Source: Amoebidium appalachense (lineage: Eukaryota; Protista; Ichthyosporea). Taken from it: DNA of 36,058 nt. Numbering within the stretch: position 1 is the stretch's first letter; every line of letters begins with the position of its first letter. The notes beneath the pieces are model-generated. The model did not search any database. It was not told where the DNA came from and saw nothing but the letters and a program-made list of their open reading frames with translations. The DNA is taken from assembly GCA_963693365.1 (NCBI GenBank), contig CAVNZM010000041.1:1-36058 (forward strand), written 5' to 3'. A program made the translations under genes and the position numbers. Positions 1 to 12,715 of this stretch are shown one piece after another.

Positions 1-583
1 TTGTTCGCATTCGAACATACTGGCAGTATATACTGAGACTATAACCAATATATGGTGTCCTTAGCTGTGTCCGTATTGGTGACAGTATCATAGATGTATT
101 CGTGACATTGCCAATACCACTTGTGCCTTAGATATTCGCAATAGGATAAAAGTTTTCTTGCTATATCATGTTTATGTTCTACTAATATGGATGTGATATG
201 GGTAGGATATGATCTACATAATGTCAGTATATGTCCACCCTAATACCACGGTATTAGCAATGTACTGCGCATACAAGGACTACACTCCGAACATGTTTGT
301 TGAACATGTGTTGGTAGGTAAAGTGACCTGATCTTTCATCCCCAATATTTTACCAATATATTGGCAATAAAATACACGCCCCATATTTTCGGTTGCTTTT
401 ACCTATTGATAATAGGTGCATAATAGTCTTGATATTGTGACGGATACATTGGCAATACATTTCGACCGAATTGAGATCCTATTATAATCATATCATAACC
501 CTATAACCAATAGCGACATTATGTTTGTATCGGCCATATTGATAATTCGCACAGATCTATTCGGACACTTTTGTCCTAATTAA
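1..583. repeat. Left arm of an AT-rich fold-back element (CMC/EnSpm-like subterminal array); its outer end lies outside the window
   Basis: Many copies of TATTG(G/C)CAATA, CCAATA and TATTGG variants. The inner end (ccatattgataattcgca...cggacacttttgtcctaattaa) is an imperfect inverted copy of 2586-2628. Confidence 0.6.
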
Positions 584-2585
584 CCTATTTTTAGACGATC
601 GCGCTATTTCTAGCGCACTTGCATAGTAACCAGGCCTCAAAAAGGTGAAAAACGTGAAATTCACGTCATTTCGACATAGTAACATATATAACATGTAGGG
701 TCTCCGACGCCATGTCTTGGGCGCATTTGGTCATCGAAGTTGGCGACCTTCTAAGAAAACACGTGGTTTTTCCGCTAAATTTTAATTTAAACTTATATAA
801 CTTTGGTTGTGTGTTTCTGGAGCGGCTAAGACCACTATGTGCTCCTAGCTAGAGATATAGGCTAACGCATGCAAAAAACCCGACCACCTAATCTTAATTC
901 TGAGGCAACCTACCTAAGGTCCAACTTAGGGCACTTTTATCGAGAAAACCTTAGCCACACTGTCCCTGTTACCACCCGTTCTACTTCTAAGACAATGTTT
1001 ACGACTTTTCTTCAATTTTCCTGCTAGTTAATGAGGAAAATAAGTACGAAAGGTTTTAAACGTGGTTCTTCTTTACACTTGTTGCTACTAGTTCCAGTCC
1101 CTTCTATTGTAGAAAGACAAAATAAAGGAAGCTTATACCCCACGAAAGGTATGCTCGAGATCACAAACCCAAAGCAGTCTGCAAAGTCTGCAACTTTACG
1201 TCCCCCCGTCCCCCCCCCCCCCCCCCCCCCCCCACCACCACCACCACCTCCTCTCTCTCACACACCTACTGCTCCTGCTCTGGTTCTGCGGTGGCGTACA
1301 GGCACCCCCTTTTCCAGGTGCAGCTCGTAGCAGTTGCGATCTGAAATTTTGTAGCACAATGCCACACCGCACCTTGCTGCACATCCAGCGCACCCTGCTG
1401 CGCTTGTATCCCTTTGATCCGTGCGCACGCACATAACACAGTCGAGCCGCTTGCCGGAACCAATAAGCACCGGGTGACAGAGGTTGCTTCGTTTGGCGGT
1501 TGTGGTGTTTGTTGACAGCGAGTTTAGTATGCGCGCGCTTTGTTTGCCGGCTTGCAGAAGTGGGTTGTTAAGAAGTTCACCCGCAAGTTTTTCGCGCCAC
1601 TGCTCGTTTGAAAGTGCATTCTTGTCCCCGTCTGCAATGAATTGCTTGTAGGCCAGGTAGGTGTTTACAAACACCATACCAACTAACCCAGCAAAGGTGC
1701 GGTGCCAGGGTGTGTGGGGGACCCATGCCTGCTCGAGTGAACTGTTCCCTTGCCGGAGTTTGTTGTGTACGTCTGCACTGTTGAAATATGTGAAGTATTC
1801 GCGCACTGCTTTTGGCATGGGCACTTGTGTTCCGTTTTTTGTGATACGGGGAGCTCCTGCTTCCGTACTTCCTGCCGTCGTTACTACACGCATGCTGAAA
1901 TCCTTATGCTGCCAACGTATGGGGGGGATGGGAGAGGGAGAGGGCGAGCCCCCCGCCCCCCCCCCCCCCTCCCCCCTCCCCCCAATAAAAAGGATATATA
2001 CACCTTCGCACATCCCACAACTAGCTGAATCTCGCTCCGTGGTACTTCTTCTACTTTCCCGTCGTAGTCTATGTGTACCAACCATTTATTGTTCTTTAAT
2101 ACTTGCACAGTTGTGCCTGTGAGCTGTTTCGTTTCCCATTCTTCACCAACCACTCTTTACTCCAACGTTCATCATCGTTCCTGACTTTACCGCCAAAGAT
2201 GCATGCAAAAACCCAAACTCTCTGGTCTTTCCTTAAACGCCTAACCATTTTCTTTTCTTTTCACTTATTTCTACCCTAATTCTACCTTGTTCTTTTTGTT
2301 TTCTAGCGCGCAAACTATCATGCGGTGTCTTTTAGTTCGGAAACCAAACGGTGTCCGTGATCGGACAGTCGGACACCCCAAAACTGGGGGAAAACGGTTG
2401 CACCCATGATCTTTTGCGCGCCAAAAGCTACTCACCCTGCAGTCCTATTGGTTTTCTATAAAGACAAAAAAGGCAGGAAAATACTAGACCTCATTGGCCA
2501 TACCCAGCTTGTGGGGTGTTTCCTAGCGAAAACAACGCTAGCGACGCCGCCGAAAACGATAGGACACTTTTGTCCTTTTTAGCCA
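584..2585 (-). mobile_element. Internally deleted piggyBac-like DNA transposon
   Basis: TTAA on both sides (580-583, 2586-2589). Contains a piggyBac-type transposase remnant. Short GCGCTA/TAGCG palindromes lie near both ends (about 600-616 and 2523-2541). TIRs are imperfect. Confidence 0.65.
1258..2248 (-). pseudogene. piggyBac-family transposase remnant (N-terminal piece plus C-terminal part; most of the catalytic core deleted)
   Basis: About 1920-1258 encodes PKAVREYFTYFNSADVHNKLR..PWHRTFAGLVGMVFVNTYLAY..WREKLAGELL and a Cys-rich C-terminus (CVMC..CAARCGVALC..CYELH), matching the piggyBac DYN..GGVD/WW..VNAY/FR..L and CRD pattern. 2248 to about 2003 is a frameshifted N-terminal piece (MVRRLRKDQRVWVF..). 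Confidence 0.8.
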
Positions 2586-2589
2586 TTAA

Positions 2590-3141
2590 TTAGGACCGAT
2601 TTGTCCGGTTATGCGGATTATCAATATGGGACATATGGGTTGGGTATATTGCCAATATCCCAAAATGGTCAGGAAAAATACATTCATAATATATTGGCAA
2701 TAGTCTTGCCACGTTGGATAATACCCTAATTTGACACAAAATTGTCCTACATTTTATATATTCATAACGTATTGACAATACTCCGCAAGCAATAGTATAA
2801 TACCGAATAAGTACATTGACAATATCGAAATTGTATTGTTAATAGGCACACGTACACGCATTTTGGGATATTGCCAGTACATTACTCATACGGTATATAG
2901 TTATTGGTGGTAGACCTGACATGGTATGACAATAATATAAAAATATTATGCCGATATATATTACGTCAATATTACAGTTCTATTACACTTCTATAGCGTC
3001 TCTACCACAGAAAATCTCTACTCGCAATACATTGGCAATGGATAATTGATATTACTTCAGTATTAATCTGGTGTTTTTACGATATTGGCAATAGATAATA
3101 GCCTCACAATATTGGCAATACCACGGGGAAGTTTGCTGATG
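2590..3141. repeat. Right arm of the AT-rich fold-back element; probable terminus ...CCACGGGGAAGTTTGCTG(ATG)
   Basis: Same TATTG(G/C)CAATA array as 1-583. It ends abruptly where identity with the VLTF3-like copy at 15203-15422 begins. The reverse complement of the end, CATCAGCAAAC, resembles CMC/EnSpm C(A/C)CAGCAAA termini. Confidence 0.55.
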
Positions 3142-3456
3142 AACAGGCTGTACGGGCACCCCCTCCCTAGGTTCACGTGCGAGCAGTTGGAGTTGCTGAC
3201 GGGCATGTTTAAGTTTTCCTTGTCGTGGCACCGCCGGTACAAGGACGAGGCAAGGAAGAACTTTGTGGGGTACCCCTTCCTACTGGTGAAAATGGTAGGG
3301 TTAGTGAGTGGCATGGACGCAGAGGTGGTGGCCAGGCTGGTGCCTGCCTTCAAAAGCAAGGTGACTAGAGCAAAGTGTGACAGGGTGTGGGTGCAGCTGG
3401 AGAGGGACCTCAAGAACTACCACATGCTTACGGAATACAACATGTTTTGCTTGTAG
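3139..3456 (+). pseudogene. VLTF3-like (poxvirus A2-type late transcription factor) C-terminal fragment, endogenous viral
   Basis: MNRLYGHPLPRFT..RKNFVGYPFLLVKM..FKSKVTRAKCDRVWVQL matches the NCLDV VLTF3 pattern RKNFLSYSYVLYK..LKS....D.IW. 5'-truncated by the upstream array. Confidence 0.78.
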
Positions 3457-3462
3457 CCTGGT

Positions 3463-4020
3463 GCTACTTGTACCTATAGACTTGGTGGACAAGACTTGTG
3501 CACAATACATTGGGGGTAGCAGGTGGCGGTAGGGGGTGTGCCAGCACGTACCCACACTACCATCGGCCCACTCCGGTTTATTTGAACACCACAGGTGCCG
3601 TGCGTATGGGCCGGTTGGCGTTGACACCAGACAACGGCACGGTGTAGGCCAACGGACGTTGCCGAAAGTCCCGTATGGTGGAGACGTCCATGACGTTCAA
3701 GTTGTTGTTCTGTTCCGGAAAGATGAACGGTTTCTTGCGTGTAGGGGGACCGCCAATGTTGAGCTCCATGTTGCTGGTAGTTGCCTTGGTGTTCGTGTGT
3801 GTGCGGGGTTTGGTGATCGTGTTGGGTTTCTGAGTAGCACGAGGCTGTGTAGGGGGAGGGGTGGGGAGGGTTTTCATGCCCTGGCCCGGAGTCTTGACTT
3901 TCTTCTGCGTTGGGGGCGGCGGTTTGACTGCCGTAGGCTTCTTGGCGTCACGTGTCAGGGTGCTTTCATTGTCCGAAAGTACCGGGTAGTCGTCAAATTC
4001 ACTGCAAACCCCTGCATTAG
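3463..4020 (-). pseudogene. Decayed intronless ORF converging on the VLTF3-like gene; unknown product, probably viral
   Basis: P/T/K-rich then globular reading frame (MELNIGGPPTRKKPFIFPEQ..). It continues past TAA/TAG stops that look like C>T changes of CAA/CAG and ends tail-to-tail with VLTF3. Confidence 0.35.
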
Positions 4021-4240
4021 AAAATCGTGCCCTACAAAGCACGACTGTGATCACTACTACATGGGTATAAAGTCGTGCCGGCCGATCGACGATGTCGTTC
4101 TGACTCTTTTCTCTACGGGATGGTGCGCGCGCGCGCCGCCGTATTCCGGGAATGCATTCTTGGCCGTGACTCATCATCACGGCGCACAGGAATGCATTCC
4201 TCGATCGAACGTGCGCACACACGCGCGCACGCGACCACAG

Positions 4241-4329
4241 ACTCTGCACCGATCAAAACAGGCACCGACCTTACCCGTCGCCCAACGCCCCCCGACTCTG
4301 AACCGATAAAAATAGGCACCGACCTTCCC
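4241..4329 (+). repeat. Two-copy direct repeat, 54-bp period
   Basis: actctgcaccgatcaaaacaggcaccgacctt at 4241 and actctgaaccgataaaaataggcaccgacctt at 4295. Confidence 0.8.
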
Positions 4330-4919
4330 CCGTCCCCCCCCCCCCCCCCCCTCCCCCCTCCCGTCCCCCCACCCACCCACCCACCCCCACACGTGCACGT
4401 GCACCAGGATCCTCGTATAGGCCTCCAAACCCTGCCACCTACTGAGATGGCTCCTTATTTTTCCTTACACATTCAGCGAACACTGGACTCCATCGAACCG
4501 TCGAGGCGCCGCGACAGAAAGCATGCACGCCGTCAGTACGTGTGAGCTCCAAACCGTTTATTGTGACGACAGTATTTATTCAGTTCGATGTCACCGACGC
4601 AGCTCATGCGTGCCACTTTTCACGTAGCCCAGGCACATGAACACAAGAGGAGCATAAACATCTAAATGTTAACGTTACAACGAAGTACTATGATATGGCA
4701 TCTAAATGTTACAACGATGAACTATGAGATGGAGAATACTAATATGTTAACACAGCAGAGCACCTACTTTGCACTATCCGGATTCTTTGGAGGTACTTCT
4801 AAGAAAATGATAATATGTTGTCACCTTGAGTCTTGCACGAGACAACACAGCTTAATGTATACACGTTCATAAACAGCTATCACTAACACAATATTCTATG
4901 TACTTGCACAGTTTGAGCT

Positions 4920-5018
4920 TACGTGTATGTGTGTGTATGTGATTTAGAGTTGGGGGGGGGGGGGGGGGAGGGGGAGGGGAGAGCGAGAGGGGGAGAAGCG
5001 AGGGAGAGAGACAGAGAG

Positions 5019-5049
<31 letters not shown>

Positions 5050-5108
5050 GGGAGATCGAGACGAGAAAGGAGAAGAGAGAGGAGAGAGAGAGGGAGAGAA
5101 AGAGAGAG

Positions 5109-5161
<53 letters not shown>

Positions 5162-5200
5162 CAGAGAGAGAGAGAGACAGAGAGAAGAAAGGGAGATAGA

Positions 5201-5232
<32 letters not shown>

Positions 5233-5444
5233 GTGGGTGTGTGTGTGTGTGGGGGGGGGGGGGGGTTGTTTTATCTGGTCGGGAACCGGGGGGGGGGGGG
5301 GGGGGAGAAGGTGAAAGGGCAAGAATAAGAGAAGAAGAAAGGGAAGCAGGAAGAGAAGGAGGAAAAGGTTAGAAAAAGAAGGGGCCTGGATCGAGAAGGG
5401 GATGTAGGAAACATGCAGAAGGGGGCACAACGGATGGATGGATG

Positions 5445-5481
<37 letters not shown>

Positions 5482-5770
5482 TACATGTGATTGTGTGTCA
5501 TATGAACGTCTACAAACATGTGCATACGTGTACGGACAAACACCTACATCTTCTACAAAAATAAACAAACACACACAAAAAGATACTGCAAACACATATA
5601 TGCCACAATAACGAAGCAAACCTAACCTTTAAGCACCCCCCCCCCCCCCCCCCCCCCGCCCCGCCCCCACTTACACCAGTACCACCCCCCTCCCTTCCCC
5701 TCCCCCCCCTCCCCACCTCTTCCCGTCCGTCCCTTTCCCTCCCATCCCCTTCTAACACAACACACACGGG
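4920..5770. repeat. Low-complexity block of poly-G/poly-C, (GA)n and (GT)n
   Basis: Seen directly; the ORFs called here are translations of simple repeats. Confidence 0.9.
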
Positions 5771-7182
5771 CACACACCATTCTCTACCGCCCGGCTACCA
5801 AGCTGCCCTTCAACTTTAAAGCATCACAGCCACCCACTGACACAGGCACGGTGCACACAGGTGTAGAGTGGCGTGTTTTTGGTGTGCGTGTGTGTGTGTG
5901 TGTGTACGTGTGAGTGATATTGTGTGTAGTAAAGTAAGAAAAAATTAGCATGTATTTCTATGGATAACGTATGGTATTAAGACGTGCATGAATGTTTAGG
6001 CAAGGCTTGGGTACACATTATTATCGTTTCATTATAAAGCCATGAATGCATGCAAAGGAGAGGCATGTCCAAAGTGCAAAACTCACTGGCCTGAAAATAC
6101 CTGTATGGGCTCGAATACATGCATACACAAACACAAACACCATAAAAAGACTCCTTCCCGATGCAAGAATGAAAGCCATGTGTTGAAAAAAAAAAAGGGA
6201 AGGAGTCAATGAAGAGAAAAGATGAACAGCAGTCCTAAACGAAGATCAAACACTGGCCTTGCAGGCGTGCCAGTACAGCGCGAGGGCAGGAAGAGGGTGG
6301 AGAGGCGAAGAGGGAGGGAAGGAGGCTGCGGACTTCAGAGTAGGGACGGGAGGGGGCCGGGGTGGGGGGGGGGGGGGGGGGGGGGATAAAACTAACCTGC
6401 CTGTTGTGGCAAGGAGTGCACACGTCCAGAATGTTTCGCCGCCATTTTTAATTAAAAAACCTAGAAGGTAGCACGGTTCGAATTGAACGCAGAAGTAGAG
6501 ATATTAAAAAAGGGTGTCAAAAAAAACACACCACGTCTTGTATATAACTGACAAACGATATGAACTTCGAGAACAACAGGAGTGGACTGATGACAAAGGA
6601 AAGGAAGTTCTCCCCGGCAGATGACCTGGTTGTAAAGGAAATAATGACTCTATGTTACAACCTCTGTTGCAATGACAAAGTTGACAGAGCGGCGCACGCA
6701 GTTTGACTACGGTAGCGTGCGCGAAACTTAGACTCCTTGCGTGCTTGCTCTTGGTCACGCACATTCACCTGCACTAATCGTTGCCGACTGGCACGTGTCA
6801 GTTCAAGCATCAAAGGATGTGTGCCTCGATCGCATTCCTGGGTGCGGCCCAAACCAATCAAGTGCTAGCCCGCAGGTGCGTGCGGTTCAGCCCAAACATA
6901 CGAGGCTCACGATCCACGATTCCCCGCGGATCGGACCCGAAATATCGGTGCAGTGTAGGACCGCACGCCGCATGGGCAACATTCCTGGAGAAGCAAAACA
7001 CATTCCACAAAAAATCGGTGAAAATCGTCCATCGGCCGGCCCTACCAGTTCATAATGTAACCCGGTCGTCACTCGTAGGTACCTACTTTCCTATGGCGGG
7101 ACTGGCAGTGATTCGCCCGCCATGGTTGAAGAGATGCTTAAATGATTGAAAGATGTGAGATTCTGAAGGATGCGAGTTTCTT

Positions 7183-7199
7183 GAACTGCGCGGTCGCCA
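7183..7199 (-). promoter_or_regulatory. Primer-binding site of the LTR element at 7201-7877
   Basis: On the minus strand the LTR end ...GTTTACA is followed by t-TGGCGACCGCGCAG, the TGG-starting pattern complementary to a tRNA CCA end. Confidence 0.7.
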
Positions 7200-7200
7200 A

Positions 7201-7877
7201 TGTAAACAGTTGGACTAGTTAGGATAAGGCAGAGTGCAACTGAATCAAAATAAAGACAGAGAACGGGTAGTAAGGCACGCGCGGCCAGGTTACTATTTAA
7301 TGTGCTCGTTCAGAGTGATCCCCCGTACTGGGACGGCTTGTTTATATAGCCCCCAGGTTCCGGATCATCTGGATGGGTGGCATTGATGCCTTCGTGACTT
7401 CTGACCAGTCAGAAGTTGCGATCGTCCTTATGTGCACACAGTGCACCCATAACAGGAAGCCAACTAAATAGGATAACTTTGTGGCAAATGATTGGTCAAC
7501 ACTTAAGCCCGTTTAGGTTTATACAAATGGGTCTGACTTCCTTATTGGTTCCGTTCGTTTAGCTACAGATGTTGCCTTCGTAGTGGATGAGACTTGCATT
7601 CCTATCCTAGCGGTTCTCGAATTGCTATTGGTTCGTACTGACTGCACGGCCACTGCATGTTGCCGGCGCCGCGGCTCAGTCGTGAGCCGCAGCCCGCGGC
7701 TGTCGCGTATGATATTGATCTGATCATATGTACGCGGCGCCTCAGTCGCGAGCCGCAGCCCGCGGCTGTCGCGTATAATATTGATCTGATGATATGTACA
7801 CAATATCTACGTGATCGCTATGATATGTACAGTATATTCGTAATAGTAAACATCTACGGCGTGTACAGATGTTTACA
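7201..7877 (-). mobile_element. 5' LTR of a second LTR retrotransposon family; internal region lost
   Basis: Terminal inverted TGTAAACA...TGTTTACA. First ~90 bp nearly identical to 28862 onward. Minus-strand TATA (gctatataaa, about 7341-7350) and adjacent PBS. Internal ~66-bp tandem duplication at about 7675-7800. Confidence 0.85.
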
Positions 7878-9304
7878 ACGGGGTGTACCACACTGCATTG
7901 GTGTTTTGTTAGAAGCACTCTTGTCTCAAACCTATGGTAGAGCTGTGGTTAATGGGCACCTTTCATATGGTTTTTCTCGTACTAGAGGTCTCTTGCAGGG
8001 TTCATTGCTTAGCCCCTTTTTGTTTAACCTATTTATAGATGATTTGGCTGTCAAGATTTATGCCGAAAACGATGACCCTATTAATAACTTTCCGCCTGCA
8101 CTTCTCTATGCTGATGATCTGTCCCTCCTTGCCCGTACCCCTAGATGCCTGCAAAGATTGTTCGATGAAGTGTCAGAGTGGTGCAAGGCAAACCTTATGA
8201 TCCTTAACATAGACAAATGTGGTGTTCTTGTACCTGATATAGCCAACAATTTACACACATTTACATTATCATCTAAAAATGTACCTATAGTTCCAGAATA
8301 CAAATATCTTGGTGTTCCGGTTAATTCTGTTGGTGTTATGTTTTCCCATATGGTTGAAAAGAGGGTAGAGCTGGCTCGTAAGCGGTTAGCTTTCTTCTCG
8401 GCTAATATTCTTAAAGACACCCCCCTCCATCCTTCGATTAGAATTACATTTATTCTCACTTTTGTCTTCCCGGCATGTGAATATGGTTTACCCCTTCTCG
8501 CCGCTTGGATAAAGAAAGAGAGAACTAGAGCGCTTAAACCCCTGGCAAATTTCCTTGAAGCAGAAGTTGCCTCCTTTCTATCTAACAACTGTTGTAAACC
8601 TGGGCCTGTAACGCTCTCGATATATGGTCTGGTCCCAATAGCTGCTAGAGTATCTCATCTCGCGCTGAAATTCAATAAGCACATAAGCCGCTTAAAGAAG
8701 TATTTGCCCTCCCACCCTCTCTTCTCTATCCACCTATCCCCTCTTTCCTTCCCTCTCTCTCTCCTTCTCCCCCGGGCACAAATACAAATAGACCCCACAA
8801 AAGTGTGTGTGTGACTTGGTACTGCCACTTACTTTTTAGACATGTACATAATCACAAAATAATTACGCAATATAACAAATGGAAAAAGATGCCACACGAC
8901 ACTAGACCCGATGAAAGCGTACACCTTGAAAAACTAAGCCTTATGTCTCGGTTTATATATAATGACCGCCTTAACCATATTACCAAATATGGCACTCGCA
9001 AATGTGTAACACCTAAATACACATTACCTTCCTGTAGAATAGGTCTTTCTCTAACTGATGGTATTATTGATCACATACCACGCTTTTACTGTACACGTGC
9101 TATACAGTGGAGATCTAACTTAATAAGTATAAGGTGGCATCATTTGCATGCCCAAACAACACACACACACACACCAGTTTAAACGATCATGTATCGCCAA
9201 ATGTAGTTTAATTGTTGGAATACGTCACCATGTATGACAGCAAGAGCCTTGAAGTATGTATGTGTCCTAGCTTGTTTGTATTCGTGTCTGCTTTCCTTCT
9301 TTGT

Positions 9305-9348
<44 letters not shown>

Positions 9349-10290
9349 CCCCCTCTCTCTCCCCCCCCCCCCCCCCCCCCCCCCGTATCTCTCTCTCCCT
9401 TGTTTCTGTGGGCACAGATATCTGTAGATCTGTGCACACCTGGCTCTCTTGCCTGATAAGAACTTATTGTATTTTATTTCTGTTTGCTCTCCTCTGTTTA
9501 TCTGAGAGGTAGCGTGATTGGCTAGCCTCACTCGTTGTCTTTCCTTTATTTCAAAATGGCTTAGTTTTGTTCTCAATAGGATGGCTCGCCAATAGTCGCG
9601 AGCGAGTACATCTGTAGATTGTGTTGTGCATTCCAGTCTATTAATATATGTGTGTTGTGATTGGACAATAGATATATATGGAATTCGGTTTATTGCAAAG
9701 TGTCTTCACTTTGAGAGTGTCGACTATTAGGAAATATATGTATTTAAATAAGTTTCTTTATAGAGACGAACATAAATATATATGTGAGTTAATAGTGACT
9801 AGATGTATAATTACTTAATTTATTTAAGTAAGAGTTTCTAAACTTTAGTTTAATCGGAAGTTGGAAAGCGTATGCTCTGTCGGAATGTGTTTTTCTATCT
9901 TCTGATAGAACCGATTGGTTCTCCCTCTTTAGTTGTGATAAGGTGATAAGTCGCAAGTACAAAAGGAACCGAGAGCACAATAAAGAATCAGTTGTTGTTT
10001 GAAATCTTTCAATGTCTCGTGAACAACTCCGATTGCCCTCTCATTAATGTGTTAGTCGTGTTTTACATGACACCTCTGTGCACTCTGCTCCCTTAGACCC
10101 GTACAAAAACAACATTAATAGACCACATTATACCGCAACACACACACACGACACATTCACAACAGACACCCAGAAAGATAGCCTACCTGAAAATTACAAC
10201 ATCCTTGATTTTATACTAAACACGCGTAACTACGACCTGTTTATTAGATGTATTGATTGGCTTGAGAAATACGTCATTACAAAACTCTAG
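7878..10290 (+). pseudogene. Non-LTR retrotransposon (LINE) reverse transcriptase, 3' part, interrupted by a solo Copia LTR
   Basis: GLLQGSLLSPFLFNLFIDDL, LLYADDL, LNIDKC and YKYLG RT motifs. The C-terminal part continues with frameshifts (8805-9212) and resumes after the LTR to ..ILDFILN..YVITKL*. Confidence 0.88.
9213..10114 (+). mobile_element. Solo LTR of the Copia family at 19518-26649, opposite orientation
   Basis: TGTTG...CAACA ends. 5-bp TSD TTAAT (9208-9212, 10115-10119). Near-identical reverse complement of the Copia LTRs. Confidence 0.95.
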
Positions 10291-10421
<131 letters not shown>

Positions 10422-11006
10422 CCAGCTGATACCGAGTGTCCCAGGGCAGCCCGAAAATAAAAAATAAATAAAAAAAAATAAAGAAATAATAAAATAAAAA
10501 ATAAAAAAAAACAAAAAAAAGAAACGGGGAACCCCAACTCATTGATTTTTCTTAGTCTCTATGGTGTCTCGTAGAGAAAGTAAACCCTGATATATAATCA
10601 TCACCAGACATCTATGTACGTGATCATGCTATACCGCCAAGGGGATATTCCGAGCAAAAACCCCTCATACCTGAGACTGGTCTCTCTTTGCCTCGAGTAA
10701 ACAGCGTAAATCCCCCATACCCATGTCTCTCATAACTGTGACACTGTGTTTTACGTGCCTGCGCATCATGTGTGGTCCGTACGCCCAACAGTGTAACCCC
10801 GTGACATACACAAGAAATCATACAATCACACACCGGTCCCACCTTCCGTGTGTCTATTTGTCCCTAGGCAACATCCCGTATACAGTACGTGCAACCCGTC
10901 CTCCCCTCCCCCCCCCCCCCCCCCCCCCCCCTCGCCCCTCGCCCCTTCTCCTCCCCCAAATCTCTCTCCTTCAAATTCACACCCAGGATAAACCCAGGAT
11001 AAACCC

Positions 11007-11634
11007 TCAATCCCCCTTCATCGCCACCACCTCCCCCTCCACCGCACCATCACTCTCCCCCAAACCCGACCTCTGTGTTGTTGACGTGTTCCTCCCGGAC
11101 AATCTCCGTGCGATTCGCGCCACGAACACAGGTGAAGACCTATTCCTCTTGATCGTCGAATCAGCGACCGAGGGCCTCCCAAGCTCCAAATCAGCAGAGT
11201 TGCCCTGTGTGTGTCTCCTCGTAGGAGGGGTGGCACCCGCGTCGGCGCGGTTTCTCTCCCCCGATGTTTTCTCCCCGAAATGGATGTATTCCTGTTGAAG
11301 CCTTTGCATGATTCTCTTCATCTCCCGCCTCGAAGGCGTAACTTCTATCCCCCCCGCGCGCGAACCAAACCCATCCTCGTTCCCTGCCATCCCTCCTGAA
11401 CCTGAGCCCATTGCACCCGAGAGGAACCCCGGGCTGCGTGGTTTCACCCTGGGTGATGGGTGTGTGTGCACGTCCAGGTGTGCGGCTGTTGGGGGCCTAT
11501 CTGCCGTGTATTGCTGCACGTATGGCTATAACTTCTCCTCAACCTCCTTTTGTACCCTCACTAGAAGGGTCTGTACACTCTCTGGCCCAATTTCGTGCCT
11601 CTCTTGGCCCAGTCCGTTCAAGCCGTTGGAGCTG
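11007..11634 (-). pseudogene. Probable terminal exon of a decayed gene, product unknown
   Basis: Polypyrimidine+CAG acceptor at about 11635. The frame SNGLNGLGQERHEIGPESVQTLLVRVQKEVEEKL*PYVQQ.. continues into ORF 11007-11519 with one in-frame TAG. Confidence 0.3.
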
Positions 11635-11873
11635 CAAAGGAGGGGGAGGAGGGGTGGGAGTGGGGGAGGGCGGGGGGGGGGAGGGGGGAGGGGGGGGGGA
11701 GAAGGGGCAGGGGGAGGGGGGAGAGGGGAGGAGAGTTAGAACTTGTTATAGAGTACGAAGACAACGTCAGCGGGTGCCCTCCCGGGGGGGGGGGGGGGGG
11801 GGGGGGGAGGGGGGGACCCTTCTCTCCCCACGCACACACACGCGCGCGCGCGCTCACCTACGCACACGTGCGT

Positions 11874-11941
<68 letters not shown>

Positions 11942-12042
11942 GTGTCCGTGTGTACGTGTGTGTGTGTGTTTGTATGTGTGTACGTGTGTGTGCGGCGCCT
12001 GTTTTGTGTGTGTGCGCGCGTGCGCACGCGCCGAGTGTGTAC

Positions 12043-12093
<51 letters not shown>

Positions 12094-12599
12094 ATTTGTA
12101 TGTGTGTACGTGTGTGTTCGTAGGTGCTGCACACTACAGAGATCCAGCACATAAAAGTTTACCAAAGCAGCAGGAAAGTTACAATACCTTGGTAGAGTGT
12201 GCAATACCTTGGTAGAGGCACCCAAAGGGGCAGAGGTGAACACTACTTCTCTGCACAACGTCTGCCTTTGTCTAGCACGAGGTCTCGTATACATGCATGC
12301 ATTCATGCTCTCGCGTGTCTGCATGTTCCGGCATGAACTTCATACGCCTTGACGAGTACATGCAACCCTCTCAACAGGTGAATGATTTCTCAAGTGTGCC
12401 CTTCTCTACGTGTGGAATGGGCCCTTATTATCTCGGTGTGGACACGTGCGGTGGGGTGTATCTTGGTGACGAACAGGGCTGTTGGCGACAACCACATGAG
12501 GTGCATGCAGCCCCTACCCTGCACACCACCCTCAGCCACGTGTTTCATGACCAGGCCACCACAGCCACTACGAGGCGACCATGGGCTGGAGCACCACTG

Positions 12600-12652
<53 letters not shown>

Positions 12653-12682
12653 CTCTCTCTCTCTCTCTCTCTCCCCCCCCCC

Positions 12683-12715
<33 letters not shown>

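Noticed and set aside
4867-5773. ORFs rich in HT, ER, SL, CV and poly-G/P (also at 9179-9576, 10216-10542, 11411-12850, 20001-20638, 26200-26819)
   Set aside because: Translations of microsatellites and LTR sequence.
6470-6490. tRNA or SINE B-box (GGTTCGAATT)
   Set aside because: No A-box or cloverleaf could be built.
6540-7078. Possible Tc1/mariner right end (...CACTCG|TA) with a short upstream ORF tail
   Set aside because: No matching left TIR and no transposase motif in the window.
7657-7877. N-terminal 74 aa of the 385-aa RT ORF
   Set aside because: This part is LTR sequence read through by chance; the LINE begins at 7878.
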